Below are positions 8,047 to 15,344 of a stretch of 32,000 nucleotides of DNA, piece by piece. Within the stretch, counting starts at the first letter, position 1. The number at the start of each line of letters is the position of its first letter. The notes below the pieces were generated by a model. That model saw only the letters and a program-made list of their open reading frames with translations. It made no database searches and was not told where the DNA came from. The stretch is from Pirellula staleyi DSM 6068 (lineage in GTDB: Bacteria > Planctomycetota > Planctomycetia > Pirellulales > Pirellulaceae), in contig CP001848.1 of NCBI GenBank assembly GCA_000025185.1, forward strand, positions 5,730,001 to 5,762,000. Direction: 5' to 3'. The position numbers and the translations under genes are program-made.

Positions 8047-8898
8047 CTACTTCACCAGTTCGATTGTGAGTAGCTGATTCAAACTGCCACTGCGAAAACC
8101 TTCGAGATCGAGCGTGACAAAGCGAAACCCGAGTCGCTTGAACTCCGCTGCGAGCGTTTCGCGCAGTGGCGACGAAGCAACCCTCACCAAATCGCTCACT
8201 GGCACTTCCAGTCGCGCGATCATGCCTTCGTGCAGTCGCACGCGGCAGTTGGCGATCCCCTGCTCTTTCAGCCAAACTTCAGCCTCGTCGATCATCCGCA
8301 GTCGCTCGGGAGTCACCTGCACGCCATACGCTAGGCGGCTCGAGAGGCAAGGTGTGGCGGGCTTATCCGAGACGCTCAAATTCCAGTAGCGTGCGAGTTC
8401 GCGAACTTCGGCTTTCGTCAGCCCCGCTTCCGCCAGCGGACTACGGACCCGATGTTCACTCGCCGCTTTCATACCGGGACGATGATCGCCTAGATCGTCA
8501 ACATTCGCGCCGTTGACAATCGCCTCGACATCAAGCGCTGCTAAGCGCGACTCGAGCTGCGTATAAAGTTCGGTCTTACAGAAATAGCATCGATCTCCCG
8601 CGTTGCGGACATACCCCTCCGAGCCGAGTTCATCGGTCCGCATGATCTCGTGGCGAATGCCGATGGCGCTGGCCACTTCGATGGCGATTTCGAGTTCGCC
8701 GCTGGCCAGACTGGGACTTACGCCGGTGACAGCCACTGCTGCATCGCCGAGCGATAGTTGAGCCGCTTTGGCCACCACGGCAGAGTCGACCCCGCCAGAA
8801 AACGCCACTGCCACGCTCGAGAGCGTTGCCAGAGAAGCCAAAAGCTGATCGCGTTTTGCAGCCAGTTCGGCCGTGAGCTCGATCGGTACCGTTGCCAT
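8047..8898 (-). CDS. larE: LarE-like PP-loop ATP pyrophosphatase / sulfur transferase (TIGR00268-type)
   Basis: It has the PP-loop AFSGGVDSAVVA, a conserved Cys in PATPCLSSRLAYG (the position of the LarE sacrificial Cys), and ...RVRLHEGMIARLEV... I chose the start at ATG 8898 (MATVPIEL...). In-frame ATGs at 8922 and 8967 remain possible. Confidence 0.8.
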   Translation of the reverse strand: MATVPIELTAELAAKRDQLLASLATLSSVAVAFSGGVDSAVVAKAAQLSLGDAAVAVTGVSPSLASGELEIAIEVASAIGIRHEIMRTDELGSEGYVRNAGDRCYFCKTELYTQLESRLAALDVEAIVNGANVDDLGDHRPGMKAASEHRVRSPLAEAGLTKAEVRELARYWNLSVSDKPATPCLSSRLAYGVQVTPERLRMIDEAEVWLKEQGIANCRVRLHEGMIARLEVPVSDLVRVASSPLRETLAAEFKRLGFRFVTLDLEGFRSGSLNQLLTIELVK

Positions 8899-9052
8899 GA
8901 ATCCACGCCTGCTTAGGTGCATCACCGCGCCTCGCCAGGCGCAACAAAAAAGCCCTGGCATCGCCACGAATCGTGCGACACCAGAGCTTTTAGTTTAACA
9001 AATCGGAGCTGAACGCTCGATCATGCCGGGGCTGATTCCCGGCGAAATTGGG

Positions 9053-10333
9053 TTAGTCGTTAGCTTCGCGAACCATCGGCTCGAGCACCTTGGTGTTGCG
9101 CTCGACGGCAATCACAATCGTGCGTTGCTCGACACCATCAGCACTCGCGGCCACCACGGGGAGCACTTGACGCTTGTCGGGCATCGCCAGACGAATCGTG
9201 AAGGTTCCGTCGCTGCGGAGCTTCACTGGTTCACCAGCCAACGTGACGCGAGCGTCGCTCTTCGTCGAACCATAGATGATCATCTCGGCATCGACTTGGA
9301 ACTGGAACTCGCGATGCTTGTGCAGGATGCGATCGGCCCCCATACCAAACTGCGAGCCGTTGCCATTGGGTGGGCCCATCGGACGACGGAGACGCTCTTC
9401 GAACAACTCACGCAATTCGCCGCTGTTCCCATCTTCCGAGTAGCCACCGCTGAGGGCAAAAACCTTCTCGTAGTTTTCTGCAATGTCCGACCAATTCTCG
9501 TCGATCTCGCTCGTGCTGTCGGGGAGCGGCGTCGAAACGGCATTGCTGCGACAGAGGGTGTAGAACTTGCCATTCGCGGCCAAGTAACCCAGATCGACGC
9601 GATAGCTTTGCGGTGGATTGTTAACTTCGATGTACCAGTTGTTCACGCCACCATGAATTTCGACTTCACGCACCACACGTTCGCTGGTGCTGGTGGTGTT
9701 GCTGCCATCGACTTCCAGCAGACGGAGCATCGGCTTGGCGGTGTGCCAATGTTCGGCCAGTGCCGCTTCGGCTCGCTTCACACTCGTCCGGAGCACCTGC
9801 CAGCAGGCCTGAATCCAGTACGAATCGCGAACCATCAAAACGACGCGATCTTTGTCGGGACTGTTTCGCTTTTTGCCGCCGCCGCTGACAACGTGACCGA
9901 GCGAACCACTCAGGTCTTTCAGCCGTTCGCGTTCGGCATGCACGCGCTGGATCCGTTCCGCCACCCGGGGGTTAACCTTCGGAGGTGTGGGAGCGGCTTT
10001 CGCCCGAGCAACAGCAGCAGCAGGAGCCGAAGCTCGGCTCGACACGCGATTAGCCGCTGGCTTACCGTTTTTGACAGCGGCTGGCGATTTGACCGAAGCT
10101 GTTTTTGCAACGGGCTTTACGACAGAGCGGCTGGAGGCTGCTGGTCGAGCGGTGGCTTTCACCGCAGTTGATTTGGGGGCCGATTTGCGGGCGGCTTTCG
10201 CCTTGGCACTTTTGGCGAGCAATTTGACAAGCTCGTCCTTCCGCATCGAATGATAGCCAGAAAGCCCCTTGCTTTTGGCGAGCTCGGCGAGGTCTTTCCA
10301 GGTTTGCGTCTTCAGGGTTGCAATCGTAATCAC
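9053..10333 (-). CDS. Rho_N (SAP-like) domain + Lys/Ala-rich linker + DUF4912 domain protein
   Basis: The N-terminus LKTQTWKDLAELAKSKGLSGYHSMRKDELVKLL is a Rho termination factor N-terminal-type motif. A basic A/K/P/S linker of ~90 aa follows. The DUF4912-like body reads DRVVLMVRDSYWIQACWQV...IHGGVNNWYIEVNNPPQSYRVDLGY. I propose the start at GTG 10333, preceded by GGAGG. The tracked ORF start at 10414 cannot be excluded. Confidence 0.8.
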   Translation of the reverse strand: MITIATLKTQTWKDLAELAKSKGLSGYHSMRKDELVKLLAKSAKAKAARKSAPKSTAVKATARPAASSRSVVKPVAKTASVKSPAAVKNGKPAANRVSSRASAPAAAVARAKAAPTPPKVNPRVAERIQRVHAERERLKDLSGSLGHVVSGGGKKRNSPDKDRVVLMVRDSYWIQACWQVLRTSVKRAEAALAEHWHTAKPMLRLLEVDGSNTTSTSERVVREVEIHGGVNNWYIEVNNPPQSYRVDLGYLAANGKFYTLCRSNAVSTPLPDSTSEIDENWSDIAENYEKVFALSGGYSEDGNSGELRELFEERLRRPMGPPNGNGSQFGMGADRILHKHREFQFQVDAEMIIYGSTKSDARVTLAGEPVKLRSDGTFTIRLAMPDKRQVLPVVAASADGVEQRTIVIAVERNTKVLEPMVREAND

Positions 10334-11014
10334 GGGGACGGTTACCTCCGCACAAGCCGCGGCCTCGCCTGCTAAGTGAGCGATACTGACCTCACCTACG
10401 CAAAGCACGACCAATAAGTTTGATCACCCTCCCTGAATCTCCGCATCGGGAAGCAGCAAGTCCTTGCAGAGCAACCCTTTATCCGAACTCTCGCCAACTA
10501 TTTTGAACCAACACAGCCGGGATACATCTGGATGACACAAGTTCAGCCTTCCGCTCGGCCGAAGCCCGCAACTGGCCAAGTCTCATGGCGAGCGTAGCCA
10601 GCGGCATGCATGCCCCCTGTCAGAACGAGCGTTTTCGCTCACTCCGCGAGAAAGGCATCAACAGCCGCTTACCTACCCTATCCCTGCCACGGTCGAGTCT
10701 AATCAATAGCGGAGAGAGAAGCAACCATCCAGGGGCAGTTCATCGGGTTTAGTGGGGCTTCGGGCACCGCCAAGGCCCTTCTACGGGAAATGCCCCTTCC
10801 GATCAGAATGAATGTGACGATTGAGCGTTTTTTGCGGCCCCTGCCGCTAGCAGCACACTTCCGAGAAGCACAACGCACCACCGCTGCCGAGCCCAATGCA
10901 CAGCAATGCATGGAAAATAACCGCCCGGTAATTACCGCAACCTAATTGCAGATAAACACTTACGCCCCTTAGCGCGACTTTGTGAAAAAAAACACGAATT
11001 CACCTCTCCGCTCA

Positions 11015-11043
11015 TTGACCACCCCCAAAGCCCTGGATAGATT
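11015..11043 (+). promoter_or_regulatory. candidate sigma70-type promoter of the atp operon (TTGACC-17 nt-TAGATT)
   Basis: A -35 TTGACC lies at 11015-11020 and a -10 TAGATT at 11038-11043, separated by an exact 17-nt spacer. An A-rich tract (gtgaaaaaaaacac, 10982-10995) lies upstream. The element sits ~270 nt before the first atp-associated ORF. Confidence 0.35.
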
Positions 11044-11315
11044 ACGGTTTCTCCACTTTCTTTCGCAGATTCTCGTTCTTGCCAGGCAGCTCCTCGGCGG
11101 TCTCTCGAAGCAGCCCTAAACTGCTATCCAGTAACCACTTAACAGAGCCAAACAGCCCGAACTAGATCGACCGACGGAATACTGGAGCCTCGCCCAGTTC
11201 GAAGGCTTAGGCTGACAAACTTCCGCGAGCACCACTCTGGGAAACCTGGCGAAGGTGCACGAATTTGGGGGTCTTTGTGAATCGATCCCCTTCTCGACCT
11301 CCGCTAGCAGTAGCC

Positions 11316-11498
11316 ATGGAGTGGGTGGCTAAGATCACGACCGTGGCTCTCGAGATGGTCATCCCGGCAGTGGTGGGTGGATATCTGGACCGAAGATTCG
11401 GCACCCAGTATCTGGCCCTCCTCGGAGTGGTTCTCGGCACGACAGTTGGTCTTTGGCATTTGATTCAAATGACCCAGGCAGATCGCCCACCAAAGTAG
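11316..11498 (+). CDS. AtpZ/AtpI-family small membrane protein (putative F0F1-ATPase-associated subunit)
   Basis: MEWVAKITTVALEMVIPAVVGGYLDRRFGTQYLALLGVVLGTTVGLWHLIQ has two TM helices with the G-x-x-LD-x-x-x-GT motif typical of AtpZ. It is the first gene of the atp cluster. An alternative TTG start at 11265 is possible. Confidence 0.7.
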   Translation: MEWVAKITTVALEMVIPAVVGGYLDRRFGTQYLALLGVVLGTTVGLWHLIQMTQADRPPK

Positions 11499-11620
11499 TT
11501 GTTGTCCATGGCGGACAACCTTCTGGCAGCAAGCGATCCCCCCTCGCCCCGATTGGCGATTTGTCTGAAGTGACATGCGAATAGCATGTCGCATAAATCG
11601 GATGACTAGGTTTTGGCGGC

Positions 11621-12100
11621 ATGACTAGTTCGTCTTCCACCTCGAGCTCGACCTCCGCAAGCAGTTTGCTGCTCAGCGGTGGAGCGCTCGCGCTGGTGCT
11701 ACTCGTTACGGGTGCCGCCACCGCCGCGCTGGGGCATCGCTGGGGTGGTCATGAGGGAATGCTGGTGGGCATTTCATCCGCAGCCATCTGCTTTGTTGCC
11801 GGACTCCTGGGGCTCCTAGCCGTCTATATTGCCAAGCAAATGGGGCAGGCCCTCAACGGCCTACTCGCTTCGATCTTTTTTCGAACCGGTCTGCCGCTCC
11901 TGGCTGGCACCCTCCTCCTCAATCAACTCGAAGTGCTCCCGCGTCCACAAGCGGTGGCCCTTCTTACTGTGAATTATCTAGCCGCGCTCGCTTGCGAAAC
12001 GCTCCTGTCGGTCTGGATGGTGGGGGGAACCCCGCTGATGCCAACCGCCAAGGCCGCTACTGCAAAGTCCGACGGCGTCGCACCGAGCAAAGCCTCTTAG
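11621..12100 (+). CDS. ATP synthase subunit I-like polytopic membrane protein
   Basis: A 159-aa protein with a Ser-rich N-terminus and about 4 hydrophobic helices. It lies immediately upstream of atpB (17-nt gap), the canonical atpI position. The assignment rests on position and topology only. Confidence 0.55.
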   Translation: MTSSSSTSSSTSASSLLLSGGALALVLLVTGAATAALGHRWGGHEGMLVGISSAAICFVAGLLGLLAVYIAKQMGQALNGLLASIFFRTGLPLLAGTLLLNQLEVLPRPQAVALLTVNYLAALACETLLSVWMVGGTPLMPTAKAATAKSDGVAPSKAS

Positions 12101-12117
12101 GTTTCTGAAGGCAGGGT

Positions 12118-13767
12118 ATGGCAAGTTCGATTCTGCACATCAAGGACTCCTACTACTTCGAAGTTCCGTCGAAGCTTTGGAAAGCTTCGTACGGCAGTCG
12201 AAAAGAGTTTCCCGATGTCTGGGTCTCGCTCGATCCCGACTATCAAAAATGGGAAGCCGAGAAGCTGCTCGAAAAGCTCAGCGAAATGGGGCTGAAGCTC
12301 GATGATCCCCATGCCCTCGAGCATGAATGGGAACATTGGCAACACGCCGACCATGCCAACCACGGCAAACCGTTCTTCATTTTCCTCGAAGAGAAGTTCG
12401 CAGCTCTCGAGGCTGATTTCGCCTCGCACAAAGAAGCGACCGAAGCTGCTGGCGAACGCGAAGTTTCCGCCGCTGAAAGCAAGGTCGAACGCCTGATTGC
12501 CGAAGGGGCCAAGCCAGCCGACCAGAAGGCTGCCAAAGCGGCCGTCGAGACAGCGAAAGAGGCGGTCGCCAGCACACAGAAACTCACCATCGGCGAGTAC
12601 CTGAAGAGCGACGACGTCAAGACCGACACTCCCGCCGCCCAAGCCCTGGTCGAGTTCGCGAAGCTTCGCTCCACCGAAGAGTTCAGCACCAAGTGGCTCG
12701 AGCTCCGGTCGTACAAGGCCCGCGTCGCCGAGTACAAAGCCGACACGCAAGTATCCGAATGGGATGCTTCCAAACTGGCTGGCTACAACAAAGCCATCTC
12801 GGGCAAAATCCTGATTCCTCAACCGTTCGGTGAGCTTCGCAACTTCTACGAAACTAACACCGGGTTTTGCGTCTCGCGGTTCATGATCATCGAAATCGTC
12901 ATCTGTGCGATTCTGATCGTGGCCTTCCGCTGGCTTGCTCAAAACATACAGCCCGGTGGTGCCCCCAAGGGACGCCTCTGGAACTTGCTCGAAACCTTCG
13001 TGGTATTCATCCGCGACCAAGTGGCCGCCCCTGCTTTCGGTGGCGATCACGGGCATGATGATCACGGACACGACGACCATGGCCACGACAATCATGGTCA
13101 TGCCAAGGCCGATCATGGCCACGGCCACGACGCTCACAAGCATCACGACGCACATCACGGTCATGCCCCAGCGGCTCACGGCCATGCTGTGGCACATGCT
13201 AAGCCAGTGAGCGACACCATTCGCTTTACACCGCTCCTCTGCACGATCTTTTTCTTCGTGCTGACGTGCAACCTGTTCGGCATGCTTCCTTGGGCCGGTG
13301 CTCCCACCGGTTCGTTTAGCGTAACGATTGGCCTAGCTGCAGTGACCCTGTTCACCGGCATGGTGATGGGCATTAAGAAGTTCGGTGCCCTCGGTTACCT
13401 GATGAACCAAATCCCCAGCATGGATTTGCCACTCCCGATCGCCATCTTCCTGAAGCCTGGTATCTTCTTCATCGAAGTGATCGGCCTCTTGATCAAGCAC
13501 TTGGTGCTGGCGATTCGTTTGCTCGCCAACATGTTTGCCGGTCACGTGGTGCTCCTGGGTATCATGGGGGTCGCTTTTGGTGCCCAAGCAGCCGCCTCCT
13601 ACATCACGCCGGAAGGCTTTCAGGGTACGTGGTGGATTGCCGCCTTTTTCGCCGTCTTTGGATCAGCTCTGCTCAGTTTGCTCGAGTTGTTTGTGGCCTT
13701 TTTGCAGGCCTATATTTTCACCTTTTTGTCAGCCCTCTTCATTGCCGGTGCCGTGCACAAGCATTAA
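12118..13767 (+). CDS. atpB: F0 ATP synthase subunit a, unusually long (549 aa) with N-terminal extension and His-rich loop
   Basis: The C-terminal half carries subunit-a hallmarks: ...LFGMLPW..., the essential Arg helix LVLAIRLLANMFAGHVVL, and ...LQAYIFTFLSALFI... The first TM helix begins only at ~aa 254. A His-rich insert spans aa 308-363. Confidence 0.9.
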   Translation: MASSILHIKDSYYFEVPSKLWKASYGSRKEFPDVWVSLDPDYQKWEAEKLLEKLSEMGLKLDDPHALEHEWEHWQHADHANHGKPFFIFLEEKFAALEADFASHKEATEAAGEREVSAAESKVERLIAEGAKPADQKAAKAAVETAKEAVASTQKLTIGEYLKSDDVKTDTPAAQALVEFAKLRSTEEFSTKWLELRSYKARVAEYKADTQVSEWDASKLAGYNKAISGKILIPQPFGELRNFYETNTGFCVSRFMIIEIVICAILIVAFRWLAQNIQPGGAPKGRLWNLLETFVVFIRDQVAAPAFGGDHGHDDHGHDDHGHDNHGHAKADHGHGHDAHKHHDAHHGHAPAAHGHAVAHAKPVSDTIRFTPLLCTIFFFVLTCNLFGMLPWAGAPTGSFSVTIGLAAVTLFTGMVMGIKKFGALGYLMNQIPSMDLPLPIAIFLKPGIFFIEVIGLLIKHLVLAIRLLANMFAGHVVLLGIMGVAFGAQAAASYITPEGFQGTWWIAAFFAVFGSALLSLLELFVAFLQAYIFTFLSALFIAGAVHKH

Positions 13768-13891
13768 TCGCTCGATTATCTGCTTGGGTGCTTAACGGCA
13801 GAACTTCCTAGAAGTTCGATGAAGAATACAGCTGCCATTTGTTTTCGGAAATTTTTGGGTTCACGTTTTTAGTTTCTTAGGAGATCGTTCA

Positions 13892-14209
13892 GTGAAACGG
13901 TTCGCAACGTACGGTTTGTCGCTTGTCGCTCTGCTCTTCGTCGCTTCGGTTGCCTTCGCTCAAGAAGGTGGCGCTGCCGCCGCCACCACGCCCCTCATCA
14001 GCTTTAGCGCTGCTGCCGGTGTGGCCCTGACCGTGATTGGTGCTGGTTATGGCATCAGCAAGCTCGCCAGCAGCGCTCTGGAGAGCATGGCTCGTCAGCC
14101 TGAAGTCGCCGGTAACATCCAAACCGCGATGATCATCGCTGCAGCTCTGATCGAAGGTTTCACCTTCTACGCTCTCTTCATCCTCTCGGGCTTCAAACAG
14201 CTCGTCTAA
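13892..14209 (+). CDS. atpE: F0 ATP synthase subunit c with signal-peptide-like N-terminal leader
   Basis: A GTG start is preceded by AGGAG (8-nt spacer). It has a c-subunit hairpin with the loop MARQPE and the carboxylate helix AAALIEGFTFYALF. The N-terminal MKRFATYGLSLVALLFVASVAFAQEGG is additional to the canonical fold. Confidence 0.9.
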   Translation: MKRFATYGLSLVALLFVASVAFAQEGGAAAATTPLISFSAAAGVALTVIGAGYGISKLASSALESMARQPEVAGNIQTAMIIAAALIEGFTFYALFILSGFKQLV

Positions 14210-14323
14210 GGAAGTGGTCGGTGCAGGTCTTGTAGACTGGCCCGCCACCCGTGGCTTCGTGCCACCCTGCGGGTCGACTGTTTGCAGGTTACTGAAGGTT
14301 TGCGGTTCATTGAGGGTATTGTC

Positions 14324-15235
14324 GTGCAAGTCCATCGTTTGATCGCCGCGGGTCTCTTGGCTCTCGGCTGCCTGGTTACTCCGAGCATGGTGCTTGCTTG
14401 GGACGACGCGAAAGCGGACGACTCCAAGCCAGCTGTGGCCGCTGAAGAAGCGAAGCCAGCCGACGCGCCTGCAGCAGAAACTCCCGCCGCAGAAGCTTCG
14501 TCCGAAGCCCCTGCCAAGGAACCTGCGAAGGAAGAGCATGGCACCGACGAAAAGCCTGCCGATGCTCCTGCCAAAACGGCTCCCGCTGCTGCCGACCATA
14601 AGGAAGGTGAGCATAAAGAGGGTGACCACAAAGCTGGTGATCATGCCGCTACAGACCACGCTGCGGAAGGTCATGCTGCTGACGGTCATGGTCATGGCGA
14701 CGAGCACGACTTGAGCCATTCCAATGCCACCGCGAGCCTCGAAAAGCCCGACGAATTTCGCTTTGAACTAGCGGTTGGCACCTTCCTGGTGTTTTGCGTT
14801 CTGCTGGCGATCCTCACCAAGTTCGCTTGGGGTCCGATTGTCTCAGGTCTCGACAAACGCGAGCAAGGTATTGCCGACATGATCGAAAATGCTCGGATTG
14901 CTAACGAGCAAGCAGCTGCCAAACTTCGTGAACACGAAGCCCGATTGTCGGCAGCGGCTGAAGAAACTCGCGCCCTACTCACGCAAGCCCGCGTCGACGC
15001 CGAAGCTGCCCGCGAAAAAATCGTGGGTGAAGCCCAAGCAGCCGCCGCTCGCGAACGAGATCGTGCCGTGGCCGATATCGCCACTGCCAAGAGTGTGGCA
15101 CTCAAAGAGATCGCCGAGAAGAGTGTCGAAACCGCACTCGCTCTCGCAGGGAACATTGTTCGTCGGGAAATCAAACCCGAAGATCACGAAACCCTGATCA
15201 CCGAAGCGCTCAACAAGTTCCCCACACTCAACTAG
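14324..15235 (+). CDS. atpF: F0 ATP synthase subunit b with long N-terminal extension
   Basis: The canonical part is TM FELAVGTFLVFCVLLAILTKFAWGPI, then VSGLDKREQGIADMIENA... and a long Ala/Glu/Arg helix. I propose the start at GTG 14324 (VQVHRLIAAGLLALGCLVTPSMVLA, signal-like). The tracked ORF begins at 14282. Confidence 0.85.
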   Translation: MQVHRLIAAGLLALGCLVTPSMVLAWDDAKADDSKPAVAAEEAKPADAPAAETPAAEASSEAPAKEPAKEEHGTDEKPADAPAKTAPAAADHKEGEHKEGDHKAGDHAATDHAAEGHAADGHGHGDEHDLSHSNATASLEKPDEFRFELAVGTFLVFCVLLAILTKFAWGPIVSGLDKREQGIADMIENARIANEQAAAKLREHEARLSAAAEETRALLTQARVDAEAAREKIVGEAQAAAARERDRAVADIATAKSVALKEIAEKSVETALALAGNIVRREIKPEDHETLITEALNKFPTLN

Positions 15236-15344
15236 TACGTCACGATTAGAGTCACCCGCCGGTAAGCTTCTTTAGCACGAGTTCCACTCGCGTAAATGAA
15301 GGCTACTAGCCGGTGATTAGGTTCCCACGAAGGTCGAAACCACG

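Noticed and set aside
9023-10171. 382-aa plus-strand ORF overlapping the DUF4912 gene
   Set aside because: It is antisense to a frame with clear Rho_N and DUF4912 signatures. Its composition (His/Arg/Leu/Ala-rich, no motifs) is typical of a shadow frame.
10441-10920. RNase P / SRP / tmRNA in the long spacer upstream of the atp operon
   Set aside because: On the minus strand AUCCCGGCUGUGUUGG vaguely recalls the RNase P 3-prime P4 strand, and AGAAUGAAUG recalls another conserved block. But the order and orientation are inconsistent, and no GAGGAAAGUCCGGGC, SRP GGAAG/AGCA motif or tRNA-like end is present.
12097-13197. 366-aa ORF antisense to atpB, with Met/Val/Ile-rich repeats (MIGLGMTMIVVAMVVVSVIIMPVIA)
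   Set aside because: The hydrophobic repeat is simply the reverse-complement reading of the His/Asp codon tract (CAT/GAT to ATG/ATC). It overlaps a well-supported atpB.
13039-13206. His-codon repeat tract as a DNA tandem repeat, CRISPR-like array or assembly artefact
   Set aside because: The units are short (15 nt), contiguous, in-frame and differ at synonymous positions. There are no spacers. The tract sits inside an intact reading frame with conserved subunit-a sequence on both sides.
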